Part shown: one piece after another, positions 41,763 to 52,206 of the stretch
Numbering within the stretch: the stretch's first letter is position 1
How the letters are laid out: each line of letters starts with the position of its first letter
Assembly (NCBI GenBank): GCA_963733035.1
Contig: CAVTBU010000009.1
Location: 1-64,000 of the forward strand
Reading direction: 5' to 3'
Source: Pirellulales bacterium
GTDB taxonomy: Bacteria; Planctomycetota; Planctomycetia; Pirellulales; PALSA-1355
Length of the DNA: 64,000 bases
The notes under the pieces: generated by a model
Databases searched by the model: none
What the model was told of the DNA's origin: nothing
The model's input: the letters and a program-made list of their open reading frames with translations, nothing else
Made by a program: the position numbers and the translations under genes

Positions 41763-44428
41763 CTAGGGAATATATAAGAACTCGTTGGTATTGAGGAGCA
41801 TCTGACACAAATGCGCCAGTGCCTGGTGCGATGCATCGGCCGGTGACATCGGCGTTTGTTGATATCGCCGCGACTGTCGCTCGAGTAGCTCACTTGCCCA
41901 ACTCCTCTCAGCATCGCTTGGCCCGCGCGCAGCGAGATCTCAAACGCGCGCGAAATCTGCGCGTCGCGGCCGGCCGCTTCCCGCGCGACTCTCGCGGCAA
42001 AGGCCTGGGATTGTTCGATCACAAAATCGTCGTTAAGCAGCGTTAGCGACTGCGAAACCACGGGCGACGCAGTGCGTCGCGTGCAATTGCTGGTTAACTC
42101 AGGCTGATCGAAAGCCTCCAAGAGCGACAGGTTGTAGCGGCGGCGTCCGAGCAGATAAAGACTGCGCCGATTCAAGAACTGTGGTGGATTTCCATCCTGT
42201 TTCACCACCACCGTTCCGTCGGGCTTGCCTTCGATCATCGTCGGTGGGCCTCCGACGGTGTCTTCCAGTTTGCCACTGACGCTCAAGATCGCATCGCGCA
42301 CGCCCTCGGACGCTATCTGGCGCAGCCGCATGCACCACAGCAGCTCGTTGCCCGGATCGACCAACTCAGGATCGGCAGTCGAGCCTTCGGTCGGATGGTC
42401 CTCGTGAACCTGGGAACTCGCTCGCGAGTCTTGCCGGTAGACGGATGAGGTCATGATCCGCTTGACGAGCGGCTTGACCCGCCAGCCGCTCGACTGAAAC
42501 TCGACCGCCAGCCAGTCGAGCAGATCAGGATGGGTGGGCAAAGACCCGGAATGGCCAAAGTTCTCGCTCGTAGCGACGATTCCTTGCCCAAATAGATATT
42601 GCCACACGCGATTCACATAAACCCTGGCGACCAGTCCGGCCGCCGCGCTGTCGCGCTCAACCAGCCAATGGGCAAACGCCAGACGGCGACCGCTGGAGTG
42701 AGCATTTGCGTTGCTATCGGCGATGCACTCCTGGGATGGAGACGAACACAGCACGCGCAGAAAACCCGCCGGAACTTCAGGCCCGGGTCGGTCGAGATTG
42801 CCGCGTCTCAGAAGGTAGATAGCCGGCGGCGGTCCGGTGTCGTACACGGCTTGGATCGTTCCCCAACTGCGCCGTTGTGCATTGAGTCTCGCGATTTCGG
42901 CAGCGAGCGTCTCGACGCTCGCCTTGTCCTGGGGCGACAGCGTCGCGCTCACCTGCTCGGGTGAAACCCTGAGCGCCGCACCGAACTTGTCGGCGAGGTA
43001 TTTTTGCACCTCGCTGCGCTTCTCGGCGGGTGTCTTGATGGCCGTGTCGGTATCGGCGCGGATCGGCGCGGGGATGCCGTTGAGCTTTTCCGCAAGCAGC
43101 CGATCCTCGTACGGCTTTCGCAAGACGGCGAGCTTCGTGTTGCGCTCGGCGACTTGCTTGTCGAGTTTGGAATTGTGCGCTTCGGCCTGGGCCTTTTCGG
43201 CTTTGGAAATATCCGGAAGTTCGCGCTGGGCAGGCTGCAGCCACAACTGCGGGTTGAAGGCGGGCGCGAAAATCGCCAGCATTCGGTAATAGTCTTCCTG
43301 TGGAATCGGATCAAACTTGTGGCTGTGGCAACGTGCGCAGTTGACGGTCAGACCCAACAGATTGCTGGTGACGACTTCCATCGTGTGCTCTAGCACCGCC
43401 TCTCGAATGTCGGCCGTGTTGAGCTCGTTCTGCAGGGTCTCGTCCGCGGCCGTCCGCAACATGCCGGTCGCGATGAGCAATTGCTTCATCCGCTCGGTCA
43501 GCACCTCTGCCGATTGCCACTCGACCAGTTCGTCGCCGGCCAACTGTTCGGTCAAAAACTGATCGAATGGCTTGTCTTCGTTAAAGGACCGAACCACGTA
43601 GTCGCGATACAGCCATTTGCCTGAGGAAACTTTGGTGATTGCGGCATCCGTATCGTCGCCAATCGTGTCAACGTATCCTGCCGCGTCGAGCCAATGGCGC
43701 CCCCAACGCTCGCCAAAGTGAGGCGACGCCGCCAGGCGATCGACCATCCGATCGTAGGCGTCCTCGCGCGGGTCGCTGAGAAATGCCTCCAATTGCTCAG
43801 GCGTCGGCGGCAGTCCGAGCAAATCGTAGGCGGCACGGCGAATCAGCGTAGTGCGCTCGGCTTCGGCGGAAAAGCAGAGCGAGCTGTCTTCCAGCCTGGC
43901 CAACACGAATGCGTCGACCGGTGATCGCACACGTGCCTCGTTCCGCACCTTGGGAATTGGCGGTCGCAGCGGCTTTTGAAAGGCCCAGAACTGGCGGTCG
44001 GCATCACTGACGGCCGGTGCATCGGAATCACTCACTTCGGCGTCGGCATTGAGTGCCGGAGCACCTGCATCGAGCCAGCGGCGGAATCGCTCGATCTTGT
44101 CGTCGGTCAGCGGTAATTCGTTTTCCGGGGGCATGGAGCGGTCGGCGATTCGCTCGTAGAGCATGCTCTTGGTTGAGGAACCTTTTTCGATCACCGCACC
44201 ATTGTCACCACCCCGCAGCATCATGCCGACGGTGCGCAAGTCGAGGCCTGCTTTGCGAGATTCCAGGCCATGGCATTTGAAACAATGTGCCGTGAGAAGC
44301 GGCAGGATGTCGTTCTCGAAGACGATCGCCGGCTCATCGGCCGGCGCCGGATTTGCGCCTGCAAGCGACAAGCCGAGCAGCATGAACAGCACTCTCCTTC
44401 GAATGCCTTTCAGCCGCTTTTGCATCAT
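41763..44428 (-). CDS. PSD1/planctomycete cytochrome c protein (DUF1549+DUF1553), copy 1; frameshift near 41925
   Basis: CFKCH, GERWGRHWLD, CARCHSHKFDP, ARVYVNRVWQ, PTHPDLLDWLA; true C-terminus LLNTNEFLYIP* in shifted frame. Confidence 0.9.
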
Positions 44429-44499
44429 TCACCTCAACCGGCGATCGGTCGGCAGGCCCGTGGATCGCCATTCTGCCGTCTGAAGTTCGCGCACATGTC

Positions 44500-45185
44500 C
44501 TATCGTTCCTTGCCCTGTTCGCAGCGATCGTAGTGATCTGCGACGTGGCGGTGGGTGTTTTCCAATTGTCGCGTCAGCACTTTGACAGCCAGCTTTTCGT
44601 CTCGAGCCCGCATCGCTTTGAGCACGCGGCGGTGGGCCATTGCGGTGTGGCGAGAGTACCTCGCGTCGTCGTGGTCCATCTGCAACAGCAAAAGTCGAAT
44701 CTGACCTCGCAGCGCCAGCCAACTTTCGAGCAATCGCCGGCTACCCGCGGAACGTACCAACAATTCGTGAAATCTCAAGTCCAGCTCTCCGGCTTCGCCC
44801 GCCGCGGTAGCTCGTTCGGTGCGGCGAATGTTTTCGCCCAACATTGCCAACTGTTCGTCCGTGGCATTGCGAATGGCCCGGCTCACCGCCAGCCGCTCGA
44901 GGGCCAGCCGCAATTCACTGATTTCATCCACGTCAGCGCGGGTCAACTGCGTGACCGCGGCTCCGCGCTGGTCGCGATGGACCAATCCTTCCTGAAGCAG
45001 CACGGCCAACGCGTCGCGCACGGGCGCCCGGCTGACCCCCAATTTGCTGGCAAATCGAGCTTCGGGAATGCGCTGGCCGGGCGCAGCGTACGACCAAAAA
45101 TCGCGGAGCGCAGCGATTCGGCCACGCTGTCGGTGAGGGTCAACTTGGTCGCGGGCTTCAAATCCGGGGTGTCGATTCCTGCCAT
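44500..45185 (-). CDS. GntR (FadR/FCD) transcriptional regulator; frameshift near 45075
   Basis: TLTDSVAESLRSAIFG then LGVSRAPVRDAL HTH; FCD with FH and terminal H. Confidence 0.88.
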
Positions 45186-45222
45186 CGTGTTCCCTGCGGA
45201 CATTTTCATCTCACGTGCGATT

Positions 45223-45239
45223 CGGTCGACGGTCGACCG
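45223..45239. promoter_or_regulatory. Candidate GntR operator, copy A
   Basis: 17-bp palindrome CGGTCGAC-G-GTCGACCG about 40 nt upstream of gntR start. Confidence 0.65.
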
Positions 45240-45309
45240 TCCGTCGATCGTATCCGAACGACCGTCCCACTGTCAAATTTCCGAGGCGAAGGCGCGGATG
45301 CATTGCCGG

Positions 45310-46141
45310 CTACTCCTGTGGCCAATACAGTCGCCACGCGTTTGCGCCCATGACCAATTCCCGTTCTGCGGCGCTCAGTTCAGCGAGCGCGTGATCCACG
45401 ATCCGCATGCTGCGCATAACCGCTGGCCAGCAGCACATGCGGGAAGTCACTGCCCCAGATCAATCGCTCGGCTCCGAAATGTTCATGTGCGGCATGAATT
45501 AGCCGGCGACAGTCCGCATACGGAAATCGTTCGGCAGAAGAGTGATGAAAGCCGCTCAGCTTTACATAGACGTGCGCGTGCCGTGCCAAATCAAGTAGCG
45601 GCCGAAAGTCGCTCACCGCGGTTTCGCTCGGGATGTTGGGATGCCCCAGGTGATCGACGACGATCGGCACCTCGGCGAATCGTTCGGCCAAGCGACCGAT
45701 CGCCGGCACATGCTCCATATCGGCCAACAGACTGATCACCACGCACAATTGCTGCGCCGCATCCCACAGCGGATACGTTGACGGGTCGCCGAATTCGGCG
45801 GACTCCGCCGCGATGCGCGGCCGCAGTCGCAGTCCACGGCAACCCCGGCTCACCCAGTGCACGAGCCGGCTATCTGCCCCCGGAAGTCGTGGATCGACAA
45901 CACAAACGGCCGCGAACTTGTTCGGTTCGGCACGTGCGCAGTCAGCGATGTAGTGGTTGTCCTCGCCGCGAAAGACCGGCTGCACCAAGACAGCCCGATC
46001 GACGCCATGTTCGGCCATCGTTTCGTGCGCCAGCTCGATCGGGACCTCGGTCTGCGGTGGAACGATGGTGTGCACCAGCGGCGTATCTCGCTCGGCGGTG
46101 CGCCAGACGTGCAGGTGGGCATCGACGATCGTCATTGGCAT
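45310..46141 (-). CDS. Amidohydrolase_2 family protein (lactonase-like); frameshift near 45410
   Basis: IVDAHLHVW, VDHLG.P, VKLSG, WGSDFP; C-terminus VMGANAWRLYWPQE* in shifted frame. Confidence 0.88.
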
Positions 46142-46144
46142 ACC

Positions 46145-48136
46145 CTACACTGTCAGAAACACAATCAGGCTGATGCCGATGAAAAAAACGCCACATGCCA
46201 ACGTCCCCAGTTGCATCACAATCGGCGACTGCAACTGGCGGGGCAGGAGGCTTCGATTCACGTACACCGCGTGCAGCGCCGACCAACCCAGCGCGATGTT
46301 CATTAGCACAGCGGCGATCTTTGCGATTTGCAACGGATCAAACAGCGTCAAGGCGATCAGTCCCCATATCCCGTACAGCGCGAGAATGCTGTAGTACACC
46401 CAGTGCACCCGGTCTCCAGACATCCGCTGAACGCGCCGGTTGGACGTCCAGATAATGTCGGTCCAACGGCGGGCAATCTGGTCGCCAGAGAGAATCTGCC
46501 CGGGTGCGAGTACCAGGAAACCGCAAAGCAACGTAACGGCCCACAGAAGCTGTCCGTACTGCGGATAGCGGTCGGCCATCCCTTCAGCGGTCATGGCCGC
46601 CACGCGGTCGCCGGAAACCGGCGCATGCCGAATGAACTCCAGCGACAGCATGCATGGCAGCGCCATGCCGATGAACGAGCAGATCATCCACACCGCGAGC
46701 TGATCGCGGCGGATGTGGCGCATCCATCCTTTCCAGCGAGGGCGATTGGTTTGGTCCAAGGGAAACACTTCGCCGACGTGCGAGAGCTGAATTTGCCGGG
46801 CACCGACCGCGCTGGGGATCGTGCCGACGCGGGCTCCCATGCCCCAGCCGGCGTCGCGGACAAAGTTGGAAAACAGCGTATTGGTCAGACCGCCAGCTCC
46901 GGCAATCGCGGCAAACGAAGCCAGCATCGCCCAGTCCAACGGTGGCAATGCCCGGTGCCGTCGAAAATAGCCGGCCAGCCCGACCAGCCTCAGCCCCTGG
47001 TGCTCCAAGTACTGTTGGAATCGAGCACGGAACGGTTCGGGCACCTTGTCCAGACGCTCGAAATCCTGCGATTCGCCGTCGGGCGACGTGATGGTGAACT
47101 GCTCGGGATGCCAAGCGCGAGCGGCATCGATCCGTCCGACTACCGATATCTGCCGATTATCTTGCGTGTCCTCGATGGTAAAGCGATTCGGCTGGGCCAG
47201 TGCGACGGCCTCGTGGGTGAGGTCGTTGAATTCGTTTTTCAGGCTGCCGGGCAGATCGTCGAGCGCGTCGAATTGCTCAACACGTCCGCTGCTTTTGGTG
47301 TCACGGTCAACAACGTAGGTGGTTACCAGCGGCACATCGTGTTCAATGGTCCCCTTGATCGTCAACTGCAACGGCCCGTCGTGCCGCGTCAGTGTGAAGT
47401 GGCGTCCGACGATGATCGTTTCTGCTCGCAACGGCACGGTGCCGATGCGAAAGAAGCCACTGACGACTTCCCAGGCGTTCGACGCCGAGACAGTGAACAC
47501 GGTGAAGAATACGAGGAAGCCGAGCACCAGCACAAGCTTGAGAGCCATCACCCGCTCGAGCATCTTGTAGATCGTTCCGCCGAAGATCAAAGGCACGAAC
47601 GCCGCCAGGAAAATCACGTAGCCGAGAATCTTGACGAGTTGCCACTCCGGCAGGGTTAATCCCGCGATGGAAACCGCACCGGGGCCGGGCAGGTGTCCGA
47701 GCATTGCGGCGGCCAGCGGCACCGCGGCGTTCGAAGCGTTGAACGGCCAAATGGCCGCCAGGTCGAGCACGGCATACCACACAATCCAGAAGCGTGGACC
47801 GGGCCAGGTTCTCAGATAGCCGACAATGATCGACTCGCCACAATACGCGGCGTAGCGCATCATCTCCAGGTTGCAAAACACCTGGGCGATGATGCTCAGC
47901 CCTGCCAGCCATAACAGGCTTCCGCCATATTGTGCACTGACCGCCGGACCAAAGAGCCATTCGCCAGAGCCAACCGAAGCCCCGGCCAATAGGACGCCTG
48001 GACCGACCAGCCGCGCCCAGGTTCTCCAGCCGTGGGCTGGAGCGGGAGGAAGATTGCCGATCGTCCACTCCGGCAACAGCCCTGCTGAGACGCGCTGCTC
48101 AGGTGATGACGACGACTTTGATAACTCACTGGCCAT
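46145..48136 (-). CDS. Nramp-like (YcsG-type) transporter with large soluble insertion
   Basis: GPG...AGASVGSGEWLFGP, E..RY...GE, AGAGGL.N, RDAGWGMG; many TM helices. Confidence 0.85.
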   Translation of the reverse strand: MASELSKSSSSPEQRVSAGLLPEWTIGNLPPAPAHGWRTWARLVGPGVLLAGASVGSGEWLFGPAVSAQYGGSLLWLAGLSIIAQVFCNLEMMRYAAYCGESIIVGYLRTWPGPRFWIVWYAVLDLAAIWPFNASNAAVPLAAAMLGHLPGPGAVSIAGLTLPEWQLVKILGYVIFLAAFVPLIFGGTIYKMLERVMALKLVLVLGFLVFFTVFTVSASNAWEVVSGFFRIGTVPLRAETIIVGRHFTLTRHDGPLQLTIKGTIEHDVPLVTTYVVDRDTKSSGRVEQFDALDDLPGSLKNEFNDLTHEAVALAQPNRFTIEDTQDNRQISVVGRIDAARAWHPEQFTITSPDGESQDFERLDKVPEPFRARFQQYLEHQGLRLVGLAGYFRRHRALPPLDWAMLASFAAIAGAGGLTNTLFSNFVRDAGWGMGARVGTIPSAVGARQIQLSHVGEVFPLDQTNRPRWKGWMRHIRRDQLAVWMICSFIGMALPCMLSLEFIRHAPVSGDRVAAMTAEGMADRYPQYGQLLWAVTLLCGFLVLAPGQILSGDQIARRWTDIIWTSNRRVQRMSGDRVHWVYYSILALYGIWGLIALTLFDPLQIAKIAAVLMNIALGWSALHAVYVNRSLLPRQLQSPIVMQLGTLACGVFFIGISLIVFLTV

Positions 48137-48197
48137 GCCGACCCGCCTGGTATCGACCTCACGATGACGCCACAAACCGGTTGGCGAGCGCCAGACG

Positions 48198-49310
48198 TTA
48201 CACCACCACCGTGCCGACAGCTTTGTTCAGTGCGGGCATCAGCTCACGGGCAAACAGTCGCATGCTGTTCAACCAACTCTGTTTGTCGTCCCAGTCGTAA
48301 CTCATCAGCACGAGCGTACCGAACGTGCCCGTCTCTTCGATCAAACGCAACAGACGCGCCAAGACCTCGTCGACGTCGCCGGCGATGATCTGTTCTTGCA
48401 TCAGATAGTCCAGGTTGCAGTCAGCGTCGCTCATAGCCGGATCGCGCTTGTAGATCTTGCGACCCAGTCCCTTGTCGAACAGTCGACCGATGTACTCGTA
48501 GTTGTTCCCGAGCGAATTCTTGCGGGCTCGATCCACGGCTTCCTTGGTGGTGTCGGCCAGAAAGATGGAACGAGCGACGCGCCAAGTCGATCGCTTTGGC
48601 GTGCGGTCGGCTTGCAGCGCGGCGACCTCGTAGGTGGTCCAGGTGTCGGCCACCACATTGCCGGGAACCAGGCAATGCGAAAACGGGTGGTGTCCGCGCC
48701 GCGCCGCGGTTTTCATACTGGGCGAGTTGCGGCTCATCCCGGGCACGCAAATGGGCGGCAGCGGCTTCTGCAGCGGCTTGGGAATAAAGCCAATGCCGGT
48801 CTCTTGATCGACCGTCTTTTGCAGATTGATTTGCCAATACTTGCCGGCGATTTCGTAGGGTGGGTCGTGTGTCCACAAATACAGGATCATTTCGATGGCT
48901 TCATCGACCATCTCGGCCGCGTTCTTCGGCTCACAGCCGTACAGCTCTTGGTCGGCCGTCACGCTGCCGGCGCCGAAGCAAAGGTTCAGCCGACCTTTGG
49001 AAAGGTGGTCGAGCATGGCCAAACGACAGGCCACGTGTGCCGGATGATGCTGCTGCACACAAACCGGCGCCGCACCCATTCGAATATGGCTGGTTTCGCC
49101 CAACGCTCTCGCGATGAAGATCTCGGGCATCACGATGTTCTCATACTTCATCGTGTGGTGCTCGCCGATCCAGAATTCGCTGAAGCCGAGCTGCTCGGCC
49201 TCGACGATGAGCTCCAGATCCTCGTCGTAGCATTGGGCGACGGGCTTTTCGGGCGGATGGAACGGCATGATGAACATGCCGTAACGGATCGGCAGCGCGT
49301 CGGAATTCAT
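48198..49310 (-). CDS. Luciferase-like (LLM) flavin-dependent monooxygenase
   Basis: GMFIMPFHP, AEQLGFSEFWIGEHH, LDHLSKGR, PKPLQKP.PP. Confidence 0.9.
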   Translation of the reverse strand: MNSDALPIRYGMFIMPFHPPEKPVAQCYDEDLELIVEAEQLGFSEFWIGEHHTMKYENIVMPEIFIARALGETSHIRMGAAPVCVQQHHPAHVACRLAMLDHLSKGRLNLCFGAGSVTADQELYGCEPKNAAEMVDEAIEMILYLWTHDPPYEIAGKYWQINLQKTVDQETGIGFIPKPLQKPLPPICVPGMSRNSPSMKTAARRGHHPFSHCLVPGNVVADTWTTYEVAALQADRTPKRSTWRVARSIFLADTTKEAVDRARKNSLGNNYEYIGRLFDKGLGRKIYKRDPAMSDADCNLDYLMQEQIIAGDVDEVLARLLRLIEETGTFGTLVLMSYDWDDKQSWLNSMRLFARELMPALNKAVGTVVV

Positions 49311-49356
49311 ACGCGTCCTCTCAAAGGTGTTTCGAATCCGCTTCGCGTTCATTCCA

Positions 49357-49369
49357 GTCGACGGTCGAC
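49357..49369. promoter_or_regulatory. Candidate GntR operator, copy B
   Basis: GTCGAC-G-GTCGAC identical to core of copy A, about 47 nt upstream of LLM start, in divergent intergenic region. Confidence 0.65.
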
Positions 49370-49669
49370 CAACGACGAAACCTAATGGACCCAGCTTACG
49401 ATGTCAATCATGCGGGTGGCCCGTGCCATCGCCCAAGTTCTCCGAAAAGTGGTCGTCCCGGTATTGGCGGCCAATGTCGCAGACGCTTGTCACTTCTCCC
49501 TTGATTCCGAATGAGAAACCGAGCATCCCTTATTCGCGTGCGGGACCGATGAAACCTTGGTCAAGGGTTTGCGTTAACGCGAAAGAGCAGTCAATATAGA
49601 GTGCATTGCCTCGGCAACGGCGCCGTTTCAGCAAGACTGAAAAGAAGGAAACGATCACTCACAGATCTT

Positions 49670-52190
49670 ATGCTTTTTTGTCGCTCTCAAAATGCCGTGG
49701 CGATCTTGGCACTGCTGGGTTGTGCGGCCGCTGTTCACGGCGCCGATAACAGGCCGGCCGATGCACCGGAATCAGTCGCTTTCTTCGAAAGCAAAGTCAA
49801 GCCCCTCTTGGCCGCGCATTGTTTCAAATGTCACGGCGGCAACGGCAAGGCCAAGGGTGGGCTGTTTTTGACAAGTCGCCTGGGGATCCTTAATGGGGGC
49901 GACACGGGTCCGGCGGTCTCGCTGGAGTCACCCCGCGATAGTCTTCTACTAGACGCCGTCAACTATGCTGGCTACGAAATGCCACCCTCTGGCAAACTGG
50001 AGGCCGACCAGATCGCGATGCTGACAAGATGGATCGAATTGGGGCTTCCGTGGAGTCCCGACGGCAACATCAAACCGCAGCCGGCTGAGCGTGAAGGACC
50101 GCCACCGGTCAATGACGATGCAAGAGCCTTCTGGTCGTTTCGGCCGGTCACACGCCCGACACCTCCCGACATCATGGATGGCACCTGGGTGCGGACCCCA
50201 ATCGATGCCTTCGTTTTGTCAAAGCTGAACCAAGCCGGGCTAAAGCCCGCGCCGCACGCAGAAAAGACCGTCCTGCTGCGGCGGGCATACTATGATCTCA
50301 TCGGACTCCCTCCCTCGCCGGCGGAGGTCGCGGCCTTTCTGGCCGACACCTCGCCGGGAGCATTCGAACGCGTCATCGACGTGCTGCTCGAATCGCCCCA
50401 CTATGGCGAACGATGGGGGCGTCATTGGCTCGATCTGGTGCGATATGCGGAAACCAACAGCTACGAACGGGACGGGCCGAAGCCGTTCGTGTGGCGCTAT
50501 CGAGACTACGTGATCCGTTCATTCAATAGCGACAAGCCCTACGATCGGTTCGTTACCGAACAACTGGCCGGTGACGAACTTGAACAGGTCACGCCCGATT
50601 CGATCATTGCAACAGGATATTATCGACTAGGCATATGGCAGGATGAGCCGGTTGACCCGGAACAGGAACTGTTTGAGGACTTAGATGACTTGGTGCGAAC
50701 GACCGGTGAGGTTTTTCTTGGCCTGACGATAGGCTTCGCCCGATGTCACGATCACAAGCTTGACCCGCTGCCGCAAACCGATTACTACCGCATGCTGGCG
50801 TTCTTCCGCAATGTCCGCCGGCTGGGGGTGCGTTCGCGTGAAAGCATCGAAGATGCGTCGGTCTGCACGCTGGGAAGTGAAGAAGAAGCCCGCCGCAATA
50901 TGGAACGGATTGCGTGGCATGAGCGGGAATCCAAGGAAGTTCGCGACGCGTTGGAAACGCTCGAACGGCGAATCGTCGCCAGTCTGATGGGCGTTGACGT
51001 CGATGATTGGAAGACCGAAGCATTGCGAGTCGAGATCGCCCGGCGCCACGTCGGCAAATCCGTCTCCCAGGACGAATTCGAACGTTATGTTGAGTTGGCG
51101 GCTAGACGTGACGAGTTGCGAAAGTTTCGCCCGCCGGGAATCGAACAGGCGCTATGTGTCAAGGAACACGGCCGCCAGTGTCCGCCGACCCATGTTCTAG
51201 TTCGTGGAAATGCGCATGTCACCGGAGAAGAGGTCGAACCGGGATTCCCGACGGTCCTTTCGCCCCCGAAGCCCCTGATTGCGCCCCTGGCTGAGTCGGT
51301 TCAGTCGACAGGCCGCAGACGGGCGCTGGCGCGCTGGATTACCGACCCGTCGAATCCACTGGCGGCTCGGGTGATCGCAAACCGCATTTGGCAGTATCAC
51401 TTTGGACGCGGGATCGTACGCTCGACGAGCGATTTCGGTTTTCAAGGCGACGCACCGACGCATCCTGAACTTCTCGACTGGCTGGCCTCTGAGCTCGTGG
51501 CAGGCGGCTGGCGGCTAAAGCGGCTGCACAAGCTGATCATGCTTTCCAACGCCTATCAAATGTCATCCCAGGCGAATGAACAGTCATTGGCCGCGGATCC
51601 GCTCAACAACCTGCTTTGGCGGTTCGACATGCGGCGGCTTTCGGCGGAAGAGATTCGCGACTCGATCCTGGCGGTCAATGATAGCTTGAATCGGACCGCG
51701 ATGTTCGGCCCAAGCGTCTATGTTAAGATCCCGGACGAAGTGCTGGCCGGTCAATCGATGCCCGGAGCCGGCTGGGGTGACTCGTCGTCTGCGGACAGGC
51801 GCGACGCAGCATTTACATTCATGTCAAGCGATCGCTGGTCGTGCCTATGATTGCCAGCTTTGACGGCGCGGATACCGACGCCAGTTGTCCCGCGCGGTTT
51901 GTCACAACCCAACCGACTCAGGCTCTTGGCATGCTAAATAGCGAGTTCGTCAACGAACAGTCGGCTCGGTTTGCTAGATATCTTCGCGACACCACGGGGG
52001 ACGACTTGGAGGCACAAGTCACGCTGGCGTTGCGTCGGACGCTCCAGCGTGAACCAGCGCGCAAGAAATTGACCGCGGTCTGGATTTCATCGCATCGCTA
52101 CAAATGAAATATGGCCTGTCGCCGGAGTTGGCCCTCAAGCAGTTTTGTGTCGCCGCGTATAACCTGAACGAATTCATGTATTTGGACTGA
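49670..52190 (+). CDS. PSD1/planctomycete cytochrome c protein, copy 2; frameshifts near 51800 and 52060
   Basis: CFKCH, YGERWGRHWLD, FARCHDHK, ARVIANRIWQ, PTHPELLDWLA; ends NLNEFMYLD*. Confidence 0.9.
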
Positions 52191-52206
52191 GAAAGTGAGC
52201 GTGACG

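Noticed and set aside
41429..41925. 999-aa ORF running into DUF1501 as an extension or fusion
   Set aside because: Conserved NEFLYIP* C-terminus lies in another frame ending at 41763; extension is a frameshift artefact
44533..47659. Long plus-strand ORFs (400 aa, 443 aa) and similar ones such as 35330-36382
   Set aside because: Antisense shadows of well-supported genes in GC-rich DNA, no motifs
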